DNA from: a virus
Taxonomy: Duplodnaviria > Caudoviricetes
Direction: 5' to 3' (one strand)
IMG/VR virus record: IMGVR_UViG_3300035208_002115
DNA: 64,000 bases
Of the stretch, positions 27,724 to 38,692 are shown in pieces. Position numbers and translations under genes: made by a program. The notes under the pieces are model-generated. The model was given only the letters and a program-made list of their open reading frames with translations, ran no database searches and had not been told where the DNA came from. Numbering within the stretch: the stretch's first letter is position 1; the number at the start of each line of letters is the position of its first letter.

Positions 27724-28624
27724 AACTTTTTTATTTTTTATTAAAGAGAATAATACACATATTAATGAATATAAAAACGTTGGAGTTGTATATCATATAG
27801 TTGACATAGAGAAACTTTTTTATATATTAAGAAACAATAAGATATCTTCAAAATCATTCTCAAATATATCAACAACCAGAGATAAAATGATGGGTGGTTA
27901 TATAGGTGGTTCTCCGACATCAGTTTTTAAATTGGAATTAGACGGTGATGCTTTATCACATAAATATAAAATTAAACCGTTTTCTTATATAAGCAATACA
28001 AATATATATTTTGATGAAAAAGAAGAACAAATAAAAACTCAGGAAATAAAAGATATAAAAAAATATATTAATAAAATCATAATCAGTAAGAATAGATTAG
28101 ATGATTTAAAACAAAGTGGTTGGTTCACGACTGATGGTGGACATGTTGATGGTAAAGGTCGAATACCGTTCCCAGAGATATTCAAAGAATTAATCGATTT
28201 AATAAAAGAAGACGGATTATATGATAAATTATATATTCAAGATGGTTCGATTATCAAGAAAGATGATGTTTATATTCAATCGGTGTTGAATTATTTTTTA
28301 TTAAAAATATATCACGGGTATTGTTATTATATGAGAGGATATAAAGAAGGTATACATCAAGAATTAGGTTTGAAAGTTATGTTAGATGATATCTTACCTA
28401 TTGATGAACGAAATAAAAAGATTGAAAAATTAGTAATTGGATATGATTATGAAAATATGTGGCTACATAAAAAATCATACCCAATGGATGTTAAACTGAA
28501 AGATGGTTATTCTTTATACGAATTTGATTTTAAGTATGAATTAGAAGATATTATATCTGAAGATGTTAATTTCGTCTTTGTTAAAAATACACACCTAAAA
28601 CATATTGGTAAATTAAAAGGTTAA
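27716..28624 (+). CDS. Putative ADP-ribosyltransferase-fold protein with CTS-like N-terminus
   Basis: VYHIV...ISTTRD...YKIKPF...EKEEQI; paralog of 12607..13188. Confidence 0.5.
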   Translation: MLKTFLFFIKENNTHINEYKNVGVVYHIVDIEKLFYILRNNKISSKSFSNISTTRDKMMGGYIGGSPTSVFKLELDGDALSHKYKIKPFSYISNTNIYFDEKEEQIKTQEIKDIKKYINKIIISKNRLDDLKQSGWFTTDGGHVDGKGRIPFPEIFKELIDLIKEDGLYDKLYIQDGSIIKKDDVYIQSVLNYFLLKIYHGYCYYMRGYKEGIHQELGLKVMLDDILPIDERNKKIEKLVIGYDYENMWLHKKSYPMDVKLKDGYSLYEFDFKYELEDIISEDVNFVFVKNTHLKHIGKLKG

Positions 28625-28626
28625 CA

Positions 28627-28977
28627 ATGAAAAAATATTTAATAATAATATTTTTATTTTTATTTACTATTAGTTATTCTCAGCGAATATACAGGACGGA
28701 GTATAAAGATAGCGCACAATATTGTATATATGAAAGTGTGTTTAAGAGTGATAGCACCTATTCTATATATGTAGTTAAGGATACTATTGAATTTATAGGC
28801 CAAGGTAACTGGTATTTTGTGACAGATAAAAATCAGGCCGATTTTATATTATATTTCACCGATTATAAATCGGAAGCCCAATTTAGAGTGTATTATGTCA
28901 GTAATCGTTTTCAGATAAACGAAAAAGAGACGGTTATTATTAAAAAGAAATTTTTTAAAAGATTTTTTAAATTGTAA
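28627..28977 (+). CDS. Secreted small repeat protein (DUF6150-like)
   Basis: Signal peptide; repeats Y.T.YKS.A.F.(V/L)Y; GNWYFV. Confidence 0.6.
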   Translation: MKKYLIIIFLFLFTISYSQRIYRTEYKDSAQYCIYESVFKSDSTYSIYVVKDTIEFIGQGNWYFVTDKNQADFILYFTDYKSEAQFRVYYVSNRFQINEKETVIIKKKFFKRFFKL

Positions 28978-29317
28978 CAGAATTAAAAAAATCTTGCATT
29001 TCTTTTACACCCCCGATAAGTATAAAATTCCCCTTTAATGTTAGTTTTTGAAATTCAGATGAATTTATATCTACAAATTTGTAATCATCTTCAGTATGTG
29101 AAACAAATTGTTCTGTTACTTTCATCAAAGTAACTATGTTTTCACTAATAGATGAAGTAAATTTTGTGTTGATTAACGATTTTAACTTTTTTTGTTCTTT
29201 CTTTAACTGGTCGGAATATTTTATTCCGTTTTTTCTTAATGTAATCTCATCTATTTTCTGAAATTGACTGTAATTTGTGGATGCCAAAGGGGATTTTGAA
29301 AACATACCAGCTTTCAT
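28967..29317 (-). CDS. Hypothetical protein
   Basis: ORF downstream of TAACTTTG (29347-29354, minus strand). Confidence 0.7.
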   Translation of the reverse strand: MKAGMFSKSPLASTNYSQFQKIDEITLRKNGIKYSDQLKKEQKKLKSLINTKFTSSISENIVTLMKVTEQFVSHTEDDYKFVDINSSEFQKLTLKGNFILIGGVKEMQDFFNSVTI

Positions 29318-29393
29318 TACTTAGATTTAGATTAATAATAAACAGACAAAGTTATTAAAAAATAATATATTAACAAATATTTTAACAAATATT

Positions 29394-29678
29394 TTAATCT
29401 TCTTTAAAAATATCTCTAATTTTACTTCTTCGGGCTAATTTAAGAGCATCTTTTTCCCAATCCACCTTATCTTTATAGTGTTTGCCGTTTATATAATATT
29501 GATTAGTTCCAGTATTTTTGTGGTATAATATAGCAGCATCAAAAATATTATGATATTCACCGTTAAATTTGGATTCTATTCTATCTGTAAATCTTATTTT
29601 TATTATCTTATTTTGATAATCTTCAAAAAACCATTCATCTAATTTATACTTCTCTATTTGATGTTGTTCAAGACTCAT
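29394..29678 (-). CDS. Hypothetical protein with C-terminal RRSKIRDIF motif
   Basis: G.YH....AAI...G..QYYING (phage repeat-like); shared motif. Confidence 0.75.
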   Translation of the reverse strand: MSLEQHQIEKYKLDEWFFEDYQNKIIKIRFTDRIESKFNGEYHNIFDAAILYHKNTGTNQYYINGKHYKDKVDWEKDALKLARRSKIRDIFKED

Positions 29679-29891
29679 TTAAAAAGTTATTTGATTTGTG
29701 AAAGCAGTGATTAATTTATTAATAAATGTGCCAGCTATATGTCCATAGAAAGCTGGAAACAGTAACAAAGATAAAATAAATAAAAATAAAAATATTTTAA
29801 ATTTATTCTTATTAAATATTTTCAATAAATTGGGTTTATCGAATGACTTGTTCATTCGTTCTTTTTGATATTTTAATCTTTGGTCATCCAT
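29679..29891 (-). CDS. Small membrane protein
   Basis: One TM helix. Confidence 0.6.
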   Translation of the reverse strand: MDDQRLKYQKERMNKSFDKPNLLKIFNKNKFKIFLFLFILSLLLFPAFYGHIAGTFINKLITAFTNQITF

Positions 29892-30022
29892 TGTAACTAT
29901 TTTTATGTTTATATATTTCTAAATGTAAATTGTTTTATTTATAGAGCAACAATCTCAATTCTTTGTAGATATTTTTTAATATATACAAAAGAAATTGTTC
30001 TATAAAAATATTTATATTTTTC

Positions 30023-33000
30023 ATGAGAGATATATGGAATCCAAAATACGAGTGGACACAGAATCCTAAATATACTGGGAAAGTAGTTTTAAATCTTAAA
30101 GAAACTGGGGTTATTTATAATAATTCTGGAAGTTCAGATATTCAAATTGCTTTACCAGATAATATTATTAATGATTTTTGTCGTGTAGAGGATAAAATAT
30201 ATTTAGCAACAAATAGTGGTATTTGTATTTTAGATGTTTCAACAAATAGTGGACTTACAGTTATTGATACATCATACACACCATCTGAAGGTAGTGGGTT
30301 AACATCAAATATAATTTATGCAGTAACAATTGATGAATTAAATGGGATTCTTTATGCTACTACAAGTACTTGTATATGGAGATGGAATTTAATAACAGAT
30401 ACGGGAAAAAGAATAGATGATACATATATTCCAGATTATGGAAATTCACCTCCAAGTGGTATTGCATATAGTAAATGTAATATTTTACACTTTAGGACAG
30501 CTTTAAATCATGATATATTTTATTTTGGATATGAAACGTTGGGGTTTTGGGAATGGGATGTCACTATTGACCAAGGTAAACTAATAGATGTGACAACTCC
30601 TGTTATATTTGGTGTTAAACTAATATCAAACGAGGTATTTCAAATAGCAGCCGATAAAGAATCTGAACTGATTTATGTTGCTACACCATTAGGTGTGTGG
30701 AGATGGAGAAGAACTAATAATGAAGGTGTTACTTTTAGTGCTGGATATACACCAACTACTGGTGACTTATATCCTGTTGGTAATACAAGAACCGTTTTTT
30801 ACGATGATATTCATAATATTTTATATGTTGGATTTGATAATAATGGGTTTTGGGTTTTAGATACTCAATATAACACAGGAACACATTATAGCACATCAAC
30901 ACCTTTCACAACAAATAGTGTAGAATTACCAAGTGATAATGTATCAAAAATTTATAAAGATATTATTAATAAAACATTATATACCACATCTTTAACAAAT
31001 GGAGTTTGGTCATTTAATACTGAAACTGGTGCTGGTAGAATTTTTAATTCGATATCGGGTGTTACTTATGGTAATAATTTACCAAGTGAGGTAGTTTCGA
31101 GTTTCTTAGTGACTGGAGAATATAGATTATTATACATTGGTAATGAACTTGGATTATGGAAATTTAATTATGATGTGGAATATTACGATGCTATTTTAGG
31201 TGGTGAAATTGTAAGGGTGAATAGAGAACAGTTGTGGAACGTTGATGAATTATCTGACGTATATTTTAGAATTCAAAAATGTATATCTGGTGTTTCTTTC
31301 ACATATGTTGATAATCTTCAAGATGTCTATCGTTTTGGTGTTTTAACAAATGACGATGCCGATTCATTATTTAATATGTATAATGAATATGAAATAATGA
31401 ATAAATTCATCAAGAATTATATACAAATTGATGTAGCATCTAATTCCAATATTGACTTAAATTTGCCCCAACATGCAATAGATGATGTTGTATTGAAAGA
31501 AAATCATTTAGTTTTATTAAAAGACCAAGATAATGTATATACTAATAATATTTATAAAGTTAATGAAAAAAATTATTTAATACTGACTGATTATTTATCA
31601 ACAAGGGAAAAGTCGGATAGATTTAAAGCTTATGTTAAACTGGGGGAAGTAAATAAAAATAAACAATATTTTTTACTACCAGATGCTGATGATATATTTC
31701 CTATATCTGGTGAAGCTAAAGTTTTTGATGCTCGACATTCTTATATTTTAAAACATAGAACTTGTTATGATATCGATACAATTCCAACAAATACAGGGAA
31801 TACTCATAAATTAGTATTTGCTGATTATGATGTTGCACGACTTATGAACCATAAAAATTTCGAGCTGTATAATAATTTCGTGATGCCTTTAAGTACATTA
31901 AGTACAGGAAGTACATTTGACATAGAACGATATACTAAAAAATATTCTATAAAGTTTTCATCAACATATAACCCATTTGATGATTATCTTAAACACACAA
32001 CAGATAGTTTACCACCTATGACATCGTATACCAGTATTTCTGGTTCATGTTCATCCAGTAGTATTTATGCTTCTGGGTATGAAACTTGGAAAGCGTTTGA
32101 TAATAATCCAAGTACAAGTTGGAGAGCGTTTACGTCAACTGGGTGGATAAAATTTAGTTACAATACACCTGTTATTATATGGAAATATAGTATTGAATGT
32201 AATGAACAATCAAACAGAAGTCCTAAAAACTGGACATTCCAAGCATCTAATAATAATATTGATTGGATTAATTTGGATGAACAAATATCTCAAATTGGTT
32301 GGTCAGCAATTACTTATAGAGAATTTATCATAAATAACACTGTACCATATCTTTATTATAGAGTTAATGTAACCACAAATAATGGTGGAACATTTCTTTC
32401 TATTAGTGAGATACAATTATTTGATATGATATTTATTATAGGTTCTATATCATATGAACCATTTGTAATTGGTACATTTAATAATATTTTAATACCAGAT
32501 GCGTATTCTAAAAAATATGATACTATTATAGATAATAGTGCATTTCCGACAGTTCCTGTTGAAATTGAAGATTATATACGAATTGAGATTAAAAATGATG
32601 AAAGACCATATCTTTCATTTGATACTTTTATAACAAACATAACATCATCTGGTTTAACAATATCTGATTTAATACCAGAATGGGTGATAAATATTATAGA
32701 TAATCAATCCAATTTAACATGGATTATTCGAAATATACAATATTCTGATTTAAATGTTGGTAGTTTAATAGTTTCTTTACAAAATTCTTTTTTAAGTAAG
32801 TTCTTTAATGTAAACGATATTTCAAATTCTGGTGGAACTCTATTAAATTTTCAAACAGTTGAGTATGAGTATAATAAGGAGTTTGATTACGATGGATTAA
32901 GATTTACATATAGTGGTTCTACTGGGATGTTTTGGACTCAAAATACTTATATTCGTTATAAATTATATGAATTTTTATCGGGTGTAACCAGTATAGTTTT

Positions 33001-33718
33001 TAAACCAGATATGGTTTTTTATAATGATGATGAAATAACTGCATTTTCTCAATTCTATTTAGATTCAAATATAATTCAATTGAATGTAAATGATATTAAT
33101 GATTTGAAGAATTTTAAACCATATACATATGTTGAAGTATCGGGTACGACTACTTATACAAAGACTCTTATACTTAAAATAGAAAATAATATAGTTTGGT
33201 TAGAAAAACCAAATGGTTTTACTGGTGTATTCCCATCTGGTGAGATGGTTATAAAAATAAAAAATATAAAAGAATTATATCCTATATCTGAAATATTATA
33301 TGATGTTTATAAGAACGAAGCTTATGATTATTATATTCCTAAAAATGACTTTATAAGAAAAAATATATACCTATATTATGGGGAGATAATGAATGAAAAT
33401 GAATATATAAAATTCTACACACTTGGACTACTATCTGAAAGTTTACCAAACACAAAGAATTTTATATTACGTTTTTATAAAATAGAAGATGATGTGAATC
33501 TTTTTTATCGTCCGATTGAAATTTTAGATGTTGGTGTTGATAAAAAAACAATGATACCTAAACAATTATTATACCCAGAATATTTCAATCAGACCGAAAG
33601 GATTGATGATTTTTATATTGGTGATTATAATGTATTAGATGGTAGTGAATTTTTGGTATGGTTGGTAGCAGACCCTAATGAGGAATCAGACTATGTTATT
33701 GATTCAAATGCAACATAA
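30023..33718 (+). CDS. Large virion protein: beta-propeller + F5/8 type C (discoidin) domain
   Basis: Repeats LPS..V..I..D...LY.G...G.W; WKAFDNN..TSW...PKNWTFQASNN..W..LD...YYRVNVT.NNG...ISEIQLF. Confidence 0.75.
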   Translation: MRDIWNPKYEWTQNPKYTGKVVLNLKETGVIYNNSGSSDIQIALPDNIINDFCRVEDKIYLATNSGICILDVSTNSGLTVIDTSYTPSEGSGLTSNIIYAVTIDELNGILYATTSTCIWRWNLITDTGKRIDDTYIPDYGNSPPSGIAYSKCNILHFRTALNHDIFYFGYETLGFWEWDVTIDQGKLIDVTTPVIFGVKLISNEVFQIAADKESELIYVATPLGVWRWRRTNNEGVTFSAGYTPTTGDLYPVGNTRTVFYDDIHNILYVGFDNNGFWVLDTQYNTGTHYSTSTPFTTNSVELPSDNVSKIYKDIINKTLYTTSLTNGVWSFNTETGAGRIFNSISGVTYGNNLPSEVVSSFLVTGEYRLLYIGNELGLWKFNYDVEYYDAILGGEIVRVNREQLWNVDELSDVYFRIQKCISGVSFTYVDNLQDVYRFGVLTNDDADSLFNMYNEYEIMNKFIKNYIQIDVASNSNIDLNLPQHAIDDVVLKENHLVLLKDQDNVYTNNIYKVNEKNYLILTDYLSTREKSDRFKAYVKLGEVNKNKQYFLLPDADDIFPISGEAKVFDARHSYILKHRTCYDIDTIPTNTGNTHKLVFADYDVARLMNHKNFELYNNFVMPLSTLSTGSTFDIERYTKKYSIKFSSTYNPFDDYLKHTTDSLPPMTSYTSISGSCSSSSIYASGYETWKAFDNNPSTSWRAFTSTGWIKFSYNTPVIIWKYSIECNEQSNRSPKNWTFQASNNNIDWINLDEQISQIGWSAITYREFIINNTVPYLYYRVNVTTNNGGTFLSISEIQLFDMIFIIGSISYEPFVIGTFNNILIPDAYSKKYDTIIDNSAFPTVPVEIEDYIRIEIKNDERPYLSFDTFITNITSSGLTISDLIPEWVINIIDNQSNLTWIIRNIQYSDLNVGSLIVSLQNSFLSKFFNVNDISNSGGTLLNFQTVEYEYNKEFDYDGLRFTYSGSTGMFWTQNTYIRYKLYEFLSGVTSIVFKPDMVFYNDDEITAFSQFYLDSNIIQLNVNDINDLKNFKPYTYVEVSGTTTYTKTLILKIENNIVWLEKPNGFTGVFPSGEMVIKIKNIKELYPISEILYDVYKNEAYDYYIPKNDFIRKNIYLYYGEIMNENEYIKFYTLGLLSESLPNTKNFILRFYKIEDDVNLFYRPIEILDVGVDKKTMIPKQLLYPEYFNQTERIDDFYIGDYNVLDGSEFLVWLVADPNEESDYVIDSNAT

Positions 33719-33741
33719 ATTTAAAAAAGAAAACATATAAA

Positions 33742-34863
33742 ATGACAAAATTAGTAAAAGGTGCAAGAATTTTAATAAAAAGAAGCGATACCACTGGTAT
33801 ACAACCGACTGTACCTGCTATTGAAGACCACACTTTAGGTTGGTTGGATACAGACATATATAAGGGGGAATTCTTTCTTAATATGGAAGATTATAGATTA
33901 TGGACAAGAACTAATACTGGGATAACCGAAATTCCAGTAATAGACCCCATCAGTGGAAAAATTAAAGTTTCCAATTTACCAAGTTCAATACTTGGTGCTG
34001 TAATATATCAAGGCACATGGAATGCAAGTACAAGTAATCCACCAACAACAGTACCAGCGAATGGGTGGTATTATATTGTTAATGTGTCTGGTACTACTAA
34101 TTTAAATGGGATAAATGAATGGCAAATAGGTGACTGGGCTATTTTCGCTGGTGAACCATCCAGTGGTGGTACTTGGGGTAAGGTAGATAATAGTAATAAT
34201 TTAACTGCTACTGAAATTACTTATAATAATCCATCATACCCAGCTTATACTACTGTAAATGCAGCATTAGACGGTTTATTGTATGTATTACCTGTTGTTA
34301 CAGCGACCATAAATACACCATCTGGTGGCGCAGTTGAAATAGGTTCAACGGTTACATCAATTGTTGTTGGTTGGTCAACTAATAAAATCATGTCGTCTGT
34401 AACTATTACTGGTACGGGTGCGCCAGTAACAAATTATGCGCCAGCAACATCAGGTACAATACCAATAAATAGTCTTAGTTTAACTACTAATACTACATAT
34501 ACTATGCACTGTACTGATTTGGAATTAGCTACGTCAATAGCAAATGCGATTGTTTATTTTAGATATTCAAGATATTGGGGAGTTGGTACATTGACTTCTA
34601 TGAACGATGCTCAAATAAATGCACTATCTTATGAATTATCAACTACGAAAGTCAAAACTATAACTTATGTGTGTAGTAATCAATATTTTTATTATATATA
34701 TCCAGTAGCATGGGGTACAGCTACATTTACCATTGGTGGTATTGAAAATGTACCTATTGTTTCGACTATAACACATATAAATGGTAGTGGTAATAGTGCT
34801 TCATATTATTTTTATAGAAGTGCCAACTTACTTAATGGTAGTATTACAGTTGTGATAACTTAA
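33742..34863 (+). CDS. Tail/fibre-associated structural protein
   Basis: GEFFLN, YQGTWNAS, Thr/Gly-rich beta structure; in the fibre cluster. Confidence 0.65.
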   Translation: MTKLVKGARILIKRSDTTGIQPTVPAIEDHTLGWLDTDIYKGEFFLNMEDYRLWTRTNTGITEIPVIDPISGKIKVSNLPSSILGAVIYQGTWNASTSNPPTTVPANGWYYIVNVSGTTNLNGINEWQIGDWAIFAGEPSSGGTWGKVDNSNNLTATEITYNNPSYPAYTTVNAALDGLLYVLPVVTATINTPSGGAVEIGSTVTSIVVGWSTNKIMSSVTITGTGAPVTNYAPATSGTIPINSLSLTTNTTYTMHCTDLELATSIANAIVYFRYSRYWGVGTLTSMNDAQINALSYELSTTKVKTITYVCSNQYFYYIYPVAWGTATFTIGGIENVPIVSTITHINGSGNSASYYFYRSANLLNGSITVVIT

Positions 34864-34881
34864 AAAAAGAAAATTATATAA

Positions 34882-36924
34882 ATGGCAAAAAATACAGGAA
34901 CATTAGTTGTTGATACTATTAAGACATATGACGATACAGATAAATATGCTGTTGTCAATTCGAGTGATATCAAAGGTGGACATCATGTTGTAGATTATGA
35001 TACTGATAGAAATAATTTAGTATCAACTTACCCATTACGTACCGAGACTGGTATGTTGGTTACTGTTAGGTCATCGTCTGATAATGGTAATCGAATGACA
35101 ACGTATCAACTTAGTGGTACGACATGGGTTAATTATGCCGATTACTTGACCGATGTAGCCAATATTTGGAAATCAGGGGCAACTGGTAATATATGGTATG
35201 CCCCACCATCGGGTAATGTGGGTATTGGAATAACTGGGGCTTATATAACTGGTAAATTGACTGTTTTTGGTCAAAGCCATTTTTATGGTATAAGTGATTA
35301 TAGATTTACCATCGACCCAACAAATGCTGCTATTTATAATTATGATACATCATTACTAATAATTGGGGCAATGCGAATTGGTAATAATACATCCAATACA
35401 GGTTTGATTATGAGACCAGATTTAGGTGATAAGATTGGTATAAATATAGATATTCCCACAACGACTCTTGATATTAATGGTAAAACTACTATTAGAGAAC
35501 AACTTATTATAGATTATAGTGCGACTGGGGGTGTAGATACTTGGAATAAATCAGGTTTACTAATTAAAAATAATAATGTTACCCCAAGTGAAGTTAGTGT
35601 TGCTTTTCAAAACATATCCACAGGTTCAAACTATTGGTTCACAGGATTAAATGAAAGTTCAATTTATCAAATAATATATGGTACGTCTTATGCTGGTACT
35701 TCATTTTTTGAAATTAATACATCTGGACTGGTTACTATTAATAATTCTTTAACTGTTAATAGTTCTATAAATTTAAATACTAATACCACTTTATCGGATG
35801 GTACAATTAATGTTGGTACAACATCAAGAGCAGGTAACTCAGTTATAAGAGCAAGAACTAATGATAGTTATATATCTGGGTTTGAAGCATATGGAAATGG
35901 AGCTGGTACAGGATATTTATATGTTGGTGAAAGTTCAACTTATGGTGGCGGTGTACTTTTTAATGGTGATGATGTACCGGGAGCGATTGACCCAGTAAAT
36001 TGTGTTCTATATTATAGAAGAAGTGCTGGTGTAGATTCAACTGTTTTTTATTATACTCAAAACGCCAACCATGTATATTTTAACGGTCATATTTACTTTA
36101 ATGCTTCAAATACATCAAATATTTATCATAATATCCCAACATACGGTATAAATATGAGAGGTGGTCTTGGTCTTAATGGGAGTTCTGGGCAACAAGGGTT
36201 TGGTTCTGGTTCTATAATTTTATACACTGGGCAAGGTGGTACTGGTGGTGAGGATTTGTCTACTCCAACATATGGACTTGATGGTGGTGATAGTGGTGCT
36301 GTTTCTTTGTACACTGGACAAGGTGGTACTGCTGGTGGAACTGCGATTGGATATAGTGGTGATGGTGGTGATAGTGGAGATTTAAATATTTATACTGGTA
36401 ACGGTGGAACTTCTGTTGGACATTATGGTGGTAGTAGTGGAAATATTAACATGTATACTGGTATTGCTGGTTCTGGATATTATACAGGGTCTTATGGTGA
36501 TATAATACTTCAATATTCATCAATTGCCAGAGGAAACGTTTTAATAGCTACTAATTCAAACCCAAGTAATAGACGTTTAAAAGTAAACGGTATTGGTGAA
36601 GCTACTGACTGGATTGCAATATCAGATATAAGAGAAAAAGAAAACATTATTTCTTTTGATAATGCACTTGATAAAGTGATGAAATTAAATCCAGTATATT
36701 TTAATTTTATAAATGGTGATGATAAATCCAAAAAAATTGGATTAATTGCACAAGAAGTTGAGGTTATTATACCTGAATTAATTCCACCAACAATAGGTGA
36801 TTCTACAAAAGGTGTTAGTTATAATAACCTAAGTGCGGTCTTAGTTAAAGCTATACAGGAACAAAATCTCATTATAGATAATTTAAAAGAAGAAATAGAA
36901 AAATTAAAAACAAAAATTAATTAA
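34882..36924 (+). CDS. Tail fibre with C-terminal intramolecular chaperone (peptidase S74)
   Basis: GNVGIG repeats, Gly-rich LYTGQGG repeats, SDIREKENI...IGLIAQEV...LVKAIQEQ. Confidence 0.88.
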   Translation: MAKNTGTLVVDTIKTYDDTDKYAVVNSSDIKGGHHVVDYDTDRNNLVSTYPLRTETGMLVTVRSSSDNGNRMTTYQLSGTTWVNYADYLTDVANIWKSGATGNIWYAPPSGNVGIGITGAYITGKLTVFGQSHFYGISDYRFTIDPTNAAIYNYDTSLLIIGAMRIGNNTSNTGLIMRPDLGDKIGINIDIPTTTLDINGKTTIREQLIIDYSATGGVDTWNKSGLLIKNNNVTPSEVSVAFQNISTGSNYWFTGLNESSIYQIIYGTSYAGTSFFEINTSGLVTINNSLTVNSSINLNTNTTLSDGTINVGTTSRAGNSVIRARTNDSYISGFEAYGNGAGTGYLYVGESSTYGGGVLFNGDDVPGAIDPVNCVLYYRRSAGVDSTVFYYTQNANHVYFNGHIYFNASNTSNIYHNIPTYGINMRGGLGLNGSSGQQGFGSGSIILYTGQGGTGGEDLSTPTYGLDGGDSGAVSLYTGQGGTAGGTAIGYSGDGGDSGDLNIYTGNGGTSVGHYGGSSGNINMYTGIAGSGYYTGSYGDIILQYSSIARGNVLIATNSNPSNRRLKVNGIGEATDWIAISDIREKENIISFDNALDKVMKLNPVYFNFINGDDKSKKIGLIAQEVEVIIPELIPPTIGDSTKGVSYNNLSAVLVKAIQEQNLIIDNLKEEIEKLKTKIN

Positions 36925-36929
36925 TAATA

Positions 36930-38639
36930 ATGGCAGTTAATATAGCATTAGCTTTAGAACATGTAGATTTTAATAAGATTAACATAACTCTTGTTGATGG
37001 AATGTCCATTGACAAATTAAAAATAAGATATAATTGGATTTTCAATGCTTCCATTGAAGATGCTATAATTGGTGAAGATAACTACGGATTAGTATGGTAT
37101 TCTGGGAACTGGATATGCGGTGATTGGTATGACGGTACTTGGTATTCGGGAAATTTTGAAACGGGAACTTGGAGAAATGGAAGGTTTTATAGTTATAAAC
37201 TGAATAAATATGATGTTTTAAATGGTAATTTTAATATAATAGATAGGGGTAATCAATATTCTGTCATGGGAATTGGTGAAGGTTATGTTGAATGGGAATC
37301 TGGTGATTTTTATGGCGGTACATTTGGAACAAAGGTAATAGATTGGTCACTTTACACTCCATATGACCCAAATAATCCACAAGGAAATAATGATATTACT
37401 AATAATAGTGGTCAAACATGTGTGTGGAGAAATGGTAATTTTTATAATGGTGTGATTTTTAATTCTATATGGTGGGATGGTAACTGGTATAATGGTTATA
37501 TGGAAAACATTCAATGGATAAGTGGAAAATTTTATAATGGTGAATTTAATGGTTACATTTGGTATAATGGTACATTCTTAGGTGGGGATTTCATCAATGG
37601 TGAATGGATGAATGGTGTATTTACTACATTTAATGAAAATGTGAAATCGAGATTTGGTGTTGTTAAAAATCCTGAATCATTTATAGAAACTATATCAGTC
37701 AATGAGAATACTACTTTTGTTAAACCATTAACATATACAGTATTTGGTGGTGGTAATTTAACATGGTTAAATGGCACATACACTGGTTTAGTTCAAGTAA
37801 TTAATCAACAAATACATCAAAGTCGAAGTGTAAACTCATATATAACGAATTCGGCTGCGAATAGTGGATATACACAAACACTTTCTATAAATGGGTGGAG
37901 TTTTAATATACCCGAAACAGCAACAATAAATGGTATAGAAGTTTATATTTCTTTGTATGCATCTTATAAAGATTCAAGAACTTATAAAGTTTCAAAGGTA
38001 ACGTTATCAAAAACTATAACTAATAATCCATTACTTCAATCGAACAATTTAGCTGGTAATGAATTAGTGGATGTATATCCGAGTGGTTCACCTTGGCCTC
38101 CACTGTATTATAATTATTTTTATGGTAGTCCAACTAATACATGGGGTATGAGTTTTACACCTGAAGACGTAAATTCACCATTATTTTCAGTGAATTTTAA
38201 ACTTCTTAAAGATGTTACATTTTATAATATTTGTTATTTCGCTGGTTTGGTTGTTAATGTTTATTACACCACTGACGTGTCAACATATAATTATGAAAAG
38301 TGTACATGGAACAATGGTAATTTCAATAATGGTGAATTTCATTCTGGGTTAATTACAAATGCGGATGGAAGTATCACTGAATCTGGAAATCATAAAATTT
38401 CTATTTGGAATAATGGTAATTTTAATAATGGTAAATGGTATGGTGGGTCATTCAGAAATGGTACATTTAACAACGGTGAATTTTTAGCTGGATATTTTGG
38501 GACTGATTCATTTGCACCTACTTGGAATAATGGTCAATTTATTAACGGTTTCTGGCAGAATGGAGTATTTAATAATGGTGAATTCCATAATGGCATTTGT
38601 AAAAATATCGATATAAAAAATGGTAAACTGGGAGATTAA
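36930..38639 (+). CDS. Virion protein with W/F-x-x-G-x repeats and an inserted beta domain
   Basis: Three blocks of WxxGxFxxG repeats; repeat type shared with 21016..22782. Confidence 0.75.
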   Translation: MAVNIALALEHVDFNKINITLVDGMSIDKLKIRYNWIFNASIEDAIIGEDNYGLVWYSGNWICGDWYDGTWYSGNFETGTWRNGRFYSYKLNKYDVLNGNFNIIDRGNQYSVMGIGEGYVEWESGDFYGGTFGTKVIDWSLYTPYDPNNPQGNNDITNNSGQTCVWRNGNFYNGVIFNSIWWDGNWYNGYMENIQWISGKFYNGEFNGYIWYNGTFLGGDFINGEWMNGVFTTFNENVKSRFGVVKNPESFIETISVNENTTFVKPLTYTVFGGGNLTWLNGTYTGLVQVINQQIHQSRSVNSYITNSAANSGYTQTLSINGWSFNIPETATINGIEVYISLYASYKDSRTYKVSKVTLSKTITNNPLLQSNNLAGNELVDVYPSGSPWPPLYYNYFYGSPTNTWGMSFTPEDVNSPLFSVNFKLLKDVTFYNICYFAGLVVNVYYTTDVSTYNYEKCTWNNGNFNNGEFHSGLITNADGSITESGNHKISIWNNGNFNNGKWYGGSFRNGTFNNGEFLAGYFGTDSFAPTWNNGQFINGFWQNGVFNNGEFHNGICKNIDIKNGKLGD

Positions 38640-38692
38640 TATATAAAGATAAATATTCAGACAATATATTTGAAAAATCAATAAAAATAAAT

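Noticed and set aside
29370-29397. Short direct repeat ttaacaaatatt x2
   Set aside because: Only two AT-rich copies; insufficient to call an origin or operator
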